Origin: Bigelowiella natans CCMP2755
Taxonomy: Eukaryota > Protista > Cercozoa
Direction of reading: 5' to 3'
Length of the DNA: 54,237 nt
NCBI GenBank assembly: GCA_000320545.1
Contig: ADNK01003260.1
Location: 1-54,237 of the forward strand
Under the pieces are notes generated by a model, which worked only from the letters and a program-made list of their open reading frames with translations, was not told where the DNA came from and did no database searches. The position numbers were made by a program, and so were the translations under genes. Of the stretch, positions 40,100 to 52,192 are shown piece after piece. Within the stretch, counting starts at the first letter, position 1. Each line of letters begins with the position of its first letter.

Positions 40100-40170
40100 C
40101 TAGCTGGATCACATTAGCTACGTGCTAGCGTGCTTACCTAGCCACCATAGCATTAGTCATCCACCAGCAG
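40100..40170 (-). promoter_or_regulatory. Candidate (atypical) SECIS element in the MsrA 3' UTR
   Basis: The minus strand reads GCTGG-tgg-ATGAC-taatgctatg-gtg-gctag-gtaagcacg-ctagc-a-cgtagctaatg-TGAT-CCAGC. This gives a lower helix, an AUGA/UGA core and an upper helix. The unpaired AA is not at the canonical 11-12 nt spacing. Confidence 0.35.
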
Positions 40171-40494
40171 TCGACACCTTCTAGCCTTCTCATTTTTCAT
40201 CATGTAGCCACTATGATTTGTAAGTAAGCAACAAGGGCAATAAATACACTTGTTTCATGATCTAGCCGAATTTTTCCCAATGCAATTTTAGGAGTCTAGA
40301 AATGTTGTATAATCATAACAACTAGACAACACCCATCACATGCTAGCATGTGCGTAGCTTCTGATAATAGAGCTTGAGTCATTTCTACAGGATCCACAAC
40401 TGTAGAATGAACAAATTCAACCCTTCGCACGTAGCAAATAGGAACGAAGCTTGCTAGTTCCTCTGAATGCTTTGTGACTTTCATACGAAGAGCT

Positions 40495-41495
40495 TCAGAT
40501 ATCTCGATCATTATTGGCTACGCAGTTCGTGCAGGGTTTGTTCAAATTTCGTCTAGAAGTTCTCCGCACTCTTCTGAGACTGATTTTTTTCCTTTCGAAT
40601 GCTATCTGAAAGTAGATGACGAGGTGATGTTTTTAATTTAGACACTAGCAGATTGAGTTCGGTGAACCTTCGCAATTTTTAGGCGGAACTTTTGTTTGTA
40701 TTTCTAGAAAATACATTAGACATCTCTTCCATCATTACTCAATTAGTGCTAACACGAACAACTTACTTGATGATATTCCTCTGCCACATAGAATTCTTTA
40801 AGGGGAGCTACAATGGTCGTCACCTAGTTAAAGTTTGCGTTTCATAAGTAGTAGACTACTTTATTTCGAGGGGTAGCAATTAGTTACCGCTTTATTTTCT
40901 TCCTTCAATTGCTTAATCTACCGTATTATATCATTTCACACGATAAAAAGTGAATCATCTTGATAAGACCTTGTTAAGAAGGATATCTCTTTGCTCCTCA
41001 GACTGGTGCCACGCCCCTGATCTGGAGATGCGATTTAAGTGTGAGGGTGTGACTTTTGCCCTGCGACCGCCACTAGCACAACCTGTACTTGGAGCCAGAT
41101 TTGAGTGCAAAGTCGTGATTAGAAAAAAAGATATCAACCAAATTTCGATAGGATTCCATCGACGGATCAAACGTAACCTATTGGTCGTCCCGTCATGTAT
41201 ATTTCATCATCGCGATATCTATGTCAGAAATTGAAATATTACCTGCACCACCTCCGTATGGTCTGCTAAGGACTTGTAACTAGGATCCTTTTTCTCTCCT
41301 CCCTTATGTTTGCAAACACAGGTCGGCGGAATTCGACAGTCATTTTCTTATTGTTACCGTATAGCCAACCCGCGTAGAGACGACTCCTGGGCGCCTGGAA
41401 GGTGAGAACAGGTCCTCTGCGCCCCAAAATCATCCCATACCGAACGTACATGTGTTGGGAGGTGTTTCTCTCAAGCGGTTGTTATTCTTCTTCAT
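40495..41495 (-). CDS. MSRA: Peptide methionine sulfoxide reductase A, probable selenoprotein (UGA at the catalytic Cys position)
   Basis: Exons 41495-41358, 41302-41243, 41177-41083, 41021-40970, 40917-40888, 40823-40767, 40703-40668 and probably 40605-40495, all with GT-AG introns. Translation: MKKNNNRLRETPPNTCTFGMG*FWGAEDLF..PGVVSTRVGYT|GGEKKDPSYKSLADHTEVVQ|VTFDPSMESYRNLVDIFFSNHD..KYR|SGAWHQSEEQ..|VTTIVAPLKEFYVAEEYHQ|KYKQK. The TGA is codon 22 (41432-41430). The last exon is uncertain, with an alternative stop near 40638. Confidence 0.93.
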
Positions 41496-41807
41496 GCACG
41501 CGTTCCTTCACTCCCCACTCGGAAATAGCAATAAAGACAGATGATGCTGTGACGTTGTTTGGTCGAGTTGGGTGTCGAGGCATCGGGAATCCATCCCATT
41601 TGAGAGCTAACAAGGATGCAACCTGGGAACGTTCTCATGGGTTTTGGCCTGGGTTCTCACATATTTCATCGCCAGTACCCAGTCGCAGATCAAAATTAGA
41701 AACAATTATTGAGCTGGATAGCGTTGTTATTTGCTGCTATATATTTTGTGTTGTCGCTTCGAATAATTTCCCTGTATTTCTTACGCAATTTTGGTAGAGA
41801 ATCCCCC

Positions 41808-44800
41808 ATGTCGGGCCAACTCGCCCTCCTCCTCCTCGCCCCCTTCCTAATCACCGTCCCAGGTGCTCATGCTTTCAAATCAGCATCAAAAAGCCTCGAT
41901 TCATATCTAGGCTTCCCTGCACGTTCGCATCTCATAGGATGTGAAAATGATGGTCCGGTGCAGGCCATCGCGTGGGCGCAAGTGACTCGTGGAACACCGA
42001 GCGTGTGGTACTCTGTAGCGACGAGAAAGCGAGACGGCACTGATCATGGATTTAGCAAGCCCCTCATGATCGCAAATATAAGTGGAGATGCGGGTATGAG
42101 CGTGATGGGTCTTACTTTTGCCAGTAAAGATTGCGGTGATCTCCTGGTGACGTTCGGTCCGACTGCAGCTGCTAATCCTAATTCCGAGACCTGCGTTCCA
42201 AAGCCTTATGCCACGTACTTTGTTCAAGCAAATAAACCGGGGGAAATGATCAAGATTATTGATCTTGATGAGCTTCCTCAAGATGTGAATGTTGAGGCAG
42301 GAACACTGGATTACGTCGTAGATCATGGGTCCTATATAGTACATATTTGTAGTGTGATGACCTTTCTGAAATAAAGCTGTTATCATCATCCTCGTCGTCA
42401 TCATCATCAAAATCTTTATCAATTTTAATTGCTATTAATGTCATGATCACTATCATCTTTATTGTTCTCGTCAGTATAAGTAGTTGCAGCTGTGTAGCAC
42501 TAGAAGCTACGATAATGCTGTTGTTAACACATGCATGCATGTATGTATGTATATCACTCGAATTGCACTTCAAACACTCACTCACCACCACCACCCCTCA
42601 TTGCTTTGACAGTCCTGTAAGTTTCAACGGCAACGTTGGCCACATCGCGTCTGCCTCGCTCTTTCAAATAACAAAAAAACGGGTCAGCGGCGCTACGAAA
42701 CTGCTGAGCGTGAAGCAAGGCACAATTCGTGAGCTGGCGTGGTCTCCAGACGGCAGATGCCTTGCTTTCAGCAACAACAGGGGTACCCACGGCTTTATAG
42801 GGATCTGGAATCGCGATGATACAGAGATCACCTGGGTTGCTCCGAGTGTGGACACCGATATCTCCCCGGTCCCTTTGTATATCCACGTCGTCATTGGATT
42901 GTTGTTAGTGAATTTCGCGTTGTTTTCTCACCATCATTCCACTCGCGTTGATTTTTTAATTATTCGCGTCCATCCCTTTTGGCATCATCTAGGCGTTGCA
43001 ATTTTGGTGATTTTTCTCGTTTTTTTTTGTCGGGAAGGTATGGTCCAGCGATGGAAGCCAACTCGCATGGATACGTACGCTTGGGTCACAGAATGAATAT
43101 GACAGAGGTCAGTTACGTGTATTTGCCACTGCTCTATACATGATTTATGCATTTCCCAGTGGTTTGCACGGCTTTCCCACCTTTTCCTCCATACTCAGGG
43201 GAGATGGCAAAGGGCATAGATTTCTACCACACACGCACGCACCACACATGTTCCGATTTGTACACTCCCCGAGTCGTTCGGTTTCAGGCTGATAATACCA
43301 CAACCTTGACGACTCATAGGTCTCGGAGGGCAACGAGGTCCATCGTTTGAGGTATGGGTGGCTTCAATAAGCTCCTCTTCTTCTAATGGTGTGACAGGGC
43401 GCCGAGTCGTGAAATCGGCACGAAGAGTCTTCTCCGAATCAAAGTACGGTCTTGCTGACGACGGATCGGGTTATGGCAGCAGGCCGTTGCTGTGGGTCAA
43501 CAGTCACACACTTGTTGTTGGAAGTGAGGCCCACAGCGGTAGTGGTGGCAAACCTACTGAGAGCGACGGCTGGCTACATCCTGTCGCCATCGACCTGCGG
43601 CAGGACGCGGATGGTGGTCACGTGAGAGATCTCACCCCCGGCGCATTTGAGGTCAAACACTGGGTGTTGGGTCACCATGATGGAATGCTATATGTTGTCC
43701 ACAATGGAAGGGTCCGTGACGTCGCTGCGAAAGAAGAAGAAGAAGAAGAAGAAGAAGGCCTGCTCGAGACCCGCACGGTCTCGCGTATCGACCCAAGCAA
43801 TTCCTCCGATGTGTTACGCGTCATCGCTGCTGGGGGGGAACACGTAATCAATGGGATGTCAAACAGCGGCTCTGGCATTGTCCCTCTCAAGGGCATGATT
43901 GCGTACTTCTCCGCGGGTGTAGATCGCCCAGCTTCCGTTGCTGTGAGGAGGGCGGCTACTGCTGACGACGACGACGACAACGACGAAAATAGCAAGGACA
44001 ACGCAGCTTTCGGGCCTGAAGTCATCATCTCTGACCAGTCGTTCAGGCTCCCTAGCTTTGTTACTCCGAGAACACTGCGGTTTCCAAGTGAGGACGGGGC
44101 CTACATGCTTAGTGCACAGCTGTTTCTACCGCCCCAGGACAGCAAGTCTAAAAGCAACCACAGCGACGAGACTTCTGCTGATGCTGCAGCTGCTGCTGCG
44201 GTTCCTGGTGTGCTTTTTACTCACGGCGGCTCGCAGCGACAAATGTTTAGCGCATTTCACTTCTCCCCCGCCTACGCGGCGCTTTATGCGCTCAACCAGT
44301 ACCTTGCCTGCGAACTAGGGATGGCCATTCTCTCGGTCAACTACCGCAGCGGCATCGGTTACGGACATGATTTCCGCGTATGCAAGTCGTGTATGTGGAA
44401 GGGCGCTGCGGAGTATGGCGACGTGCGGGCCGCGGGGGCGCTCCTTGCGTCACTGAAGCAAGTGGACGGCTCTAAGATCGGCCTATATGGCCTCTCGTAC
44501 GGTGGGTTGAACACGATGCAGGGGCTGGTGCGAGACCCTGATCTCTTCAAGGCTGGGGTGGCTAATGCGCCAGTCTTCAACTGGATCTCCCAGGCACGGC
44601 GGGACGGCGCAAAATACGTAGACGTGCAGCCACAGTACAGGAGAGGATTCCACGCTCTGGAGACAGGACCACTTTCCGATGAGGCTAGCCCTGAGTGGCT
44701 GCAGCGCGCACTGGAAAACCAAGCAGAGGCTTATAAGAGTTCTCCTGCCTCTTTGATTCAAAACCTAAAGGGCCAGCTGCTCGTTATTCAGGGCGATGCA

Positions 44801-44986
44801 GATGATGAAGTCGCCTTCAGCGAAAGCATTGGGATCGTTCGAGCCCTGCGCAAAGCGGGATTGGGCCGATATGTGCAGACTTTGGTGTTTCCCGACGAAA
44901 CTCATGGCCTGGCTAAGTACAAATCCCAGCTTCAAGCTGCTGAAGCTACCGCAAGCTTTCTGCTGGAAACCCTTAATGCTTCTTAG
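41808..44986 (+). CDS. Secreted S9-family (prolyl oligopeptidase/dipeptidyl aminopeptidase-like) serine peptidase
   Basis: It begins with a signal-peptide-like sequence (MSGQLALLLLAPFLITVPGAHA) and has TolB/PD40-like propeller motifs (LAWSPDGRCLAF, VWSSDGSQLAW). The catalytic domain has HGGSQRQM, SVNYRSGIGYG, nucleophile GLSYGG, QGDADDEV and FPDETHG. Introns lie at about 42329-42612, 42869-43037 and 43108-43319. Confidence 0.9.
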
Positions 44987-45699
44987 TAAAGAAAACAAAT
45001 ATCAATGCCTCATAGTGGTACGATGTGCATTGGATTTGATCGCACAGCGGGTATATAGCAGGGACAAATTTGACTTTCATCAGTCTATGTAGCACAAGTT
45101 AATAGGCTAGTAGGGTGCATATGGGTCGCAAATTATGGTAATTGCATAAACATGTCCTAGCTCATTTCATTCATTAAAAAAGTACAGCATACGTCTAAAA
45201 CCATGGGCTTTTTACTTCAGCGCAAACACCGTTCTAATGGATGTTGCGTCTCGACGTGCGCATGTCTAGATGCATGTTAATACGTGATGAGCAACAATGC
45301 TCGTCGTAGTTTTTTTTATCTGCTATTTATGTCAGCGTCTATCTAGGCGTTTTCATGTCACAGTCATCCTAATTAGCTGTCAAAAATGATGATGTTGTGA
45401 GCACATTTGCAGCGCATATGCGTCTGTGCGCTGCTTGTTACTAGATTTGCCGGGCTACTCATTTGTGCCTTTTGCTGCGAAGAATGCCACATGACTGTCG
45501 TTTTATTAGCAGAGCATTTTTTAATTTAGTCTTACTGATGACCCCTTCGACATGCATGCTTTGTGTCTGTAGGTGTAAAGATGTATATCTCTATCTAGAT
45601 ATTCAGATATAGCATTCCAGCCAATTCTAAAATTACGACTGGCGGCTCATTTGAGTCTAAAAGTTAGCTTCTCTAACGTCGCAAGACATACACGCCACA

Positions 45700-45751
<52 letters not shown>

Positions 45752-45786
45752 GAGACACTTTGTGTAATAATAGCTGTTGCAGGTTT

Positions 45787-46561
45787 TCACGCCTCGCACA
45801 ACACCAAATATCCATTGAAAACCAGAAGCGCCAGGAACCTCAAGAAGACATCTTGAAAACGATGAAAACTGGCTTGATCATGCGAACAGGCGGCTGTAGC
45901 TTTGACTACCTTCTGCCGTACCCAATCGACGTTGACCTTTTATTATTGCAGGTATTAAACAAAAATAGTAAGATCAAATGATAGAGGGTTATTTCTGCGG
46001 TTTCTGCTCTCCCTGTTTCCGCTGTCATCACACCTTTTGAAAGGCAGGCTGGCAGCTTAAGAACATTGCCGCAGCGTGTAACTCAACAGGGATCGATACG
46101 TTTACCTGAGGAGGCCAAAGCACGGATGAAATACGAATGGGAAAACGAATATGGGAGGAGGGGAAGGAGAAGGGGAGAACACGCTTTTAGTCTTACATCG
46201 TGGGGCTTTAATCTGTGCTGTCACTACTCTATCTAACGCATTTGAGTTGTATGTTTTCACGAGTACAAACACTATCACCTTAAAATCGCTTCTAAAAGCT
46301 GGGCGGATCCCACTGACGGTGCGCACGGTAAACATCGACATCTTCTGCACACCTTCTCTGTGCTTTATCTTCACGTCCTTGTGCCCTACATCGTACACAT
46401 CGAGAATATCTAATATCACATACCGAGAGAAATGTTTAGTTGCCCTGAAAATAGCATATAAAGTCTTGGCCATAACCATATATCATTCCACCACCGCTGC
46501 AACTACTATATCATATACAAGCACGCGCGCGCGCGCGCGCACACACACACACACACACACA

Positions 46562-46601
<40 letters not shown>

Positions 46602-48037
46602 GCATATAACAGTCGTAGCTCGACGGCCACTATCATCATCATTATCATCATCATCACGATATTCACCTCCTACTACCAATAAATGCCATCGTCACAAGAG
46701 GGTTTCGTTGTAACAGCCCGGACATGAGAGATGGTACTGATGGTGATGAGGAGGAAGGGGATAGTACAGAGGATCCTGCATCCTTCCCTTTATCATTATC
46801 ATTATCATCATCCTCATTCTTTACATCCGCTTGTCGGCGCCGCTGCGTCTTTCCATTTTCTCCTTTTATCCCCCCCCCCCCAAACTCTTCGCTTGTTGGC
46901 CCTTTTGGCGGATTCAGGTGCTTCCAAACGGACTTTTCAACTCTCTCAAGCTGAAATGCCGCAGCCGACGCGCCGCCCCGTCTCGTCTAAAAAAAGCGAT
47001 GAAGGGCTAAATATAACTGACAGGTATTTTTATCTCCTTCTCCATGCACTAATCCTCTCCTCGCTCAAACTCGTCGTAACACTGAATCAAGAGGAAAAGT
47101 AATTACTACCCTCTTTCCCGTTGTCCCCCTCCCTTCTGTCACCTCCTCCACTTCTTCTTCTTCTTCTTCTGGGTCCTTAAAGAGTGTGAGCCACTTGCAG
47201 CGATTCTCCAGTAAGATAGCAGGAAACAAGAAGTGTGCGGTCGTGAGTGCTGAGACTGCCTGCTTAAAACCCTCGAGCATCTCGGTGAAACAACCGCCAA
47301 ATTTCTTCTTTCTATGCTCGTCGCAGCGCCCATCATCATCAGCAGCAGTAGCTGGGTTGGAAGAGCTAGAAGAATGAACAGTAGCAGCAGTAGTAGCATT
47401 GGTTGCGCTTTTGTAGTCATCATCGTTACTGAAAGGACTTGTCTGAATTCGTTTCCTCCACCTTCGTATGTGGTTGTTGGTGTTTGTTGTTGATGATGAA
47501 GAAGACGATGATGACGATGATTACGATGATGTACAAAACAACGCCATCAAGCCATGTAAATCACCAAGACGTTCATCATCCTGCCACTGCTACATCTGCT
47601 ATTTTACATTACCATTCGCTCCCCCCCCCCCTCCCTCACTCACTGACTCACTTGTCGTCGTAGCTCATAATAAAACCCCCAAGCCTGGAAGTGAGCAAGT
47701 CTCCCCAACGACCTTCGTGGGTAGGTGATGCGGATATCAGCATGAATTAATGGTTGAATGGATGTATAAAGACGCCAAAAGACAAATATCCCACATGATG
47801 ATACACGCGGAAGGAGGAGGAGGAGGAGGAACACACTTGCTTTGTCGTGAGAAGGTGTTGTTGCTACTTCTTAGAAAAAAAAAGGTTATCCTCGGCGTTT
47901 CTCTTAGAGAAATCATCATCATCATCATCATCGTCGTCGTCGTCATCATCATCACCACCGACTACCTGAATCTAGCGAGAAGTAAGCGAAAGACATTCCT
48001 CTGAGTCGTCGGGATTAATAGCCTCGACCTTCGTTTG

Positions 48038-48074
<37 letters not shown>

Positions 48075-48476
48075 CAGTAGTAGTAGCAGTAGTAGCAGTA
48101 GTAGCAGTTGTTATTGTTGTTGGTATCGAGGGAAGGATGAAAAGCAAGAGGAAATAGCGGAGAGAATAAGATGATGATGATGATGATTATTATGATGATG
48201 GTGGTGGTGGTGGGGAGAAGAAGGAGCAAAGCACCTTGTGCCACCAGCCAGCAGGCACGTATGCAATAGAGCTACAATGATGAAGAAGATGATGAGGACG
48301 ACGATAAGTAACATGGTAAGATGGTACATTTCACACTGGAAATATGCAAGGAAAAAGGAAATTAGGGAGAAAAAGAGGAAGATAGGGAGGAGAGGAGGAG
48401 GAGGAGACGAGGTTCCATGATCGTGCTGCTGCATTATTAGCGCTGTCTTTCCTACTTCCTCTGTCTATCTAGCTAG

Positions 48477-48519
<43 letters not shown>

Positions 48520-48936
48520 AGGCACCCTGGTCTCAGTGTGAAAGAGAATCTTTGCGACGATGATGGTGATGATGGGGAGCTGGACGAGGGGGGGGGAGAT
48601 TGGGGAGACGTTAGATGACCGTCGTGATAACCTTGATGAACCTAAGTTGAAGCAGCAGCATAAGGATGAGAAAGAAGTAGAGCAGATGATGGTGATGATG
48701 ATGATGAAGTACACACAAATCATTATGATTACAGTCTCCTCTATTTATCTTCCATTTCTCCTCTCCGTTTTTAAACTACCCACTGCTACTACTTGTTTTA
48801 AAACCACTTTGCGACCAATTGCAGAGGTTAGAACACCGAATCATGCTTTCGCACTCGGAATTTATATGTGTGGGGGGGGGGAGGTGGAGGCGACTTTGGC
48901 TACTTCACACAGTCATGAAATTTTACTCTTTATAAA

Positions 48937-49008
<72 letters not shown>

Positions 49009-49772
49009 GCAAGGCGTCATCTCTTTTTCGCTACCGCAAGGTTTGTGTGATGGGCCTTGATATTGACTGATTTGGGGTGCAGATTGGAGAGAGGGTTGTG
49101 GATTCCGCTGGACTCCACCTGACCACATCGCCAGCAGAACAAATAATTAGTAAATATCGGCGTATTATTTGCCTTCGCTGCTACTGTGTGGAAACACTAC
49201 TAATAGTAGTAGCTTCTTCAACGCGAGGAGGGGAGAAGTTATAGAAGTGGTGGTACTGCCGTACCGTCCAGAGCTTCTGGCCTTTAAGCTGAATGGTGAA
49301 GTTATGCTGACCATCAAAGTGCCATGGAGTGCTGTGCATACCCCGGACAGCGAATATCTTTTCCAAGAGAAACAGAAGGGGAGGGGGTGGGAGGGGGGGG
49401 GGTTGTTGGAAAAAAGAGGTCAATCAAGGCTGCGACAGTAAGAACAACTAGATAATCGTAACGCACTTCAAGGAAAAGCAAATGATAATTGATCTCATTG
49501 CACCTACTGCTACTACTACTACTACTACTACTACTGCTGCTGCAAATATACTATCAACACCATCACTACTACAACCTCTAAATCCCCTCCAAAGAAATTG
49601 TTGTCCTCATCATCATCCTCGTCGATGGCAGCAGCAGCAGCAGGATCTAACTTCATACCGAAGTTGAAGTGTAATTCCTCACACAGCCGACGTACCCACT
49701 TTTTTTGAAGCTGAGTAGTGAGTAGTGAGTAGTGAGTAGTGAGTAGTGAGTAGTAGTACTTAGTCTAGCAGC

Positions 49773-49804
<32 letters not shown>

Positions 49805-50542
49805 GTGTACCAAGCTCTTTCTAACAGCAGCATTCTCTTTCGATCTCAGAGTTGTTGTGTATTATTCCTTTTTCTTCTTCTTCTTCTTTCATTACTCTCA
49901 TCTTAGACAGAGGAAAACGAAAGCTACTCAACCTCTTCTGAAGGATTAAAATAGAGAGAATGTCCCGCAGAGAAGCAGCTCCATCCCACCTGTGTTGCCG
50001 CGGCATGGAGACACAATTAAATACTAGCAACAGCAGCAACATATATTGATATGTTTCGTCTCGCGAATATGGATGATTTTGTCGGCGTAATATCTCAGGG
50101 GCAAAAATTATCGATGTTTTGATTCATGCTACTGCTTCACGTTCTAGCAATATGAATGGTGTCTCATCATCATGGTCATCATCATCATCGTCAGCAGCAG
50201 CAGCAAAACCACGTACTTGCGGATTTGCCGAGAGATATTGCATCTCTCCATCCAAGTTTTTCATCCAAACGACGACCTTGACTGACTGTCGTTATTCGGT
50301 GTGGGAGGGGTAGGTCCAGGGGTTTTAAAATGAGGACAAGTGGCAACATCGTGATCATCATCATCATCACGATAAAGATGACGACGGCGATACCGTTGTT
50401 ATTGCTCTCTCTTCTTCGTTGTACTTGATTCAATACGCAACGAGTTGCTGATCATACCTCAGACAGCATGCGCTTCACGTTAAAGTCGAAGAAGTCCTCC
50501 TTAAGACTTAAGAGACGAGAGCCACTGCCTGTGGTGATGAAT

Positions 50543-50575
<33 letters not shown>

Positions 50576-51452
50576 TTCGTTAACAAGCAAAATTTGGCTC
50601 CGCAAAGTAGTATGTGCAATATTTTCCTCCAAATGACGAGGATGCAGTACTAGAAGCAGCAGCGGTAGCATTCTACTCACCATGTACCACAAAGGCCTTC
50701 TTATCAAATATCTGCGACAAAAACGAACGACATCCGACCGGCCATGCGTACGATTCCAAACCTCAAATAGCGTTGACCAAGAGGAATAGGGAGGAGGAGG
50801 AAGAGGAGAAGGAAGGGGGTAAAGGAGTAGTAGCATCATTAGCACAATAGCTAACAAACAACGAACATATATTCAATTAATTCTGTCGTTTTGATAGAAC
50901 GGTTATACTCTCCTCGTCATGATCATCATGATGATCATCATCATCATCTAAACAACATTGTTGTTGGCCTTATATTACAATCTTAATATTATTACCAGGC
51001 TCAAGAACTAGTGGATCCATCCGCGTTGTAGCATTTGGAAGAGGAGTATTCATGACTGCCTCTTTCGTAGTATGATGTCCCCCTCCCTTATGCTCCACAC
51101 TCCACCCCTTCGTCTCCATAGTAGCGGGGACTGTTATCGATGGAGGAGACCCCTTTCTTCGGTCAAAAACAATGTCGTACGCATAGAACTGGGATGAGTT
51201 TCCACCATGGCTACAATACGACGGCTTTAAGAGACGGACGAGAGAAGAGGGGACTCGAAATGGAGGGGAGCAAGTTGGGGCCTTTATGGCATTTTCCCCT
51301 CTGCTGCTGTTGTTGGTAACACTGTGGTCAGTGAGATTTCTACAGCGGTGTCGGCGCACGACGAGGGTGTATCTATTGCTGCAAAGCCAGTCAATTTCAA
51401 GCACCTCCCCTTGCTTGACAAGTCCGGGAAAGCTGAGTGGTGACGATGACAG

Positions 51453-51485
<33 letters not shown>

Positions 51486-52013
51486 CGATGATGAAATGGA
51501 TGATGATAGCAACACCAGTTACGTCGCTTGTCCCAAGGTATTGCAATCGTCATTAATACGACGCACTGTGATGATGGCACACTAACACATAATCTACATA
51601 CAGTCTACTTATATATATATATATATACTCATATTTTATTCTCTAGGCTACCTCTCCGTGACTACGGCACACCGATATAATGTGCACGTATCCATGGCTT
51701 TGAGGGCTTCGTCGTCAAGAACAAAGCTTGAGTTGGATGGATTCCCACCACCAGAGCACTTTCTGTCATCGCTCCTCTCTTCGACCCTTTTTTCTTCTTT
51801 GTCTTCTTCTTCTTCACCAATGTCGAAAGAGAAGAGGAAACCACCTTCTGAGTTCTCGCTTGCTCTCTCCTCGAACACCGACAGCGTTGACGAGCCATTA
51901 TTATTAGTATCATTCCCACGTGCTCTCTTCGAGCAGGCGTCTTTCCGCCTTGGAGTCGCATCTTCGACGGACGAGGACTCCGAGGAAGGGCATCGTTGCC
52001 GCCGCCGCCTCAT
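45787..52013 (-). CDS. JmjC-domain 2-oxoglutarate oxygenase, RIOX/NO66/MINA53/YcfD-like (apparent 1-nt frameshift)
   Basis: Spliced motifs are WPVGCRSFLSQIFDKKAFVVHG, TPWHFDGQHNFTIQLKGQKLW (HxD), TLRPG|SIAYVPAGWWHK|VEA (distal His), G|RWGDLLTSRL and a winged-helix-like end RFLALLVFNGYLVLCEA* (TGA at 45789-45787). Confidence 0.8.
46521..46597. repeat. (GC)n(AC)n(AT)n alternating purine-pyrimidine tract
   Basis: Directly visible in a JmjC-gene intron. Confidence 0.95.
49712..49755. repeat. Heptamer tandem repeat (TGAGTAG) x about 6
   Basis: Directly visible, intronic. Confidence 0.9.
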
Positions 52014-52192
52014 TGCCGTCTGCAAGTGGGCTTCCGACGACCCCGGCAGGATCAGTGACGAGGTTGGGTTTTATCCTCGAGACAATATGAAAATCTTGTC
52101 GTACTTTCGAAAACATCTGTGTTTAGATTGAAAATTGGACATTACCCGGGGGGTTTGTGAGTGGCCTCTCCTTCCCTTCCGGCTGGTCCGGA

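Noticed and set aside
40460-40511. ATGA-N12-AA pattern as a canonical SECIS
   Set aside because: The spacing fits, but the 12-nt arm has no complementary strand ending in GA, and it overlaps the probable last coding exon.
41430-41432. MsrA as a pseudogene, or UGA reassigned genome-wide
   Set aside because: The rest of the gene and all splice sites are intact and the TGA falls exactly on the catalytic residue. Trp and Cys use normal codons elsewhere, and TGA terminates the JmjC gene.
49712-49755. (TGAGTAG)n as an interstitial telomeric repeat
   Set aside because: It does not match TTAGGG-type units and sits among (GTA)n intronic microsatellites from which it probably derives.
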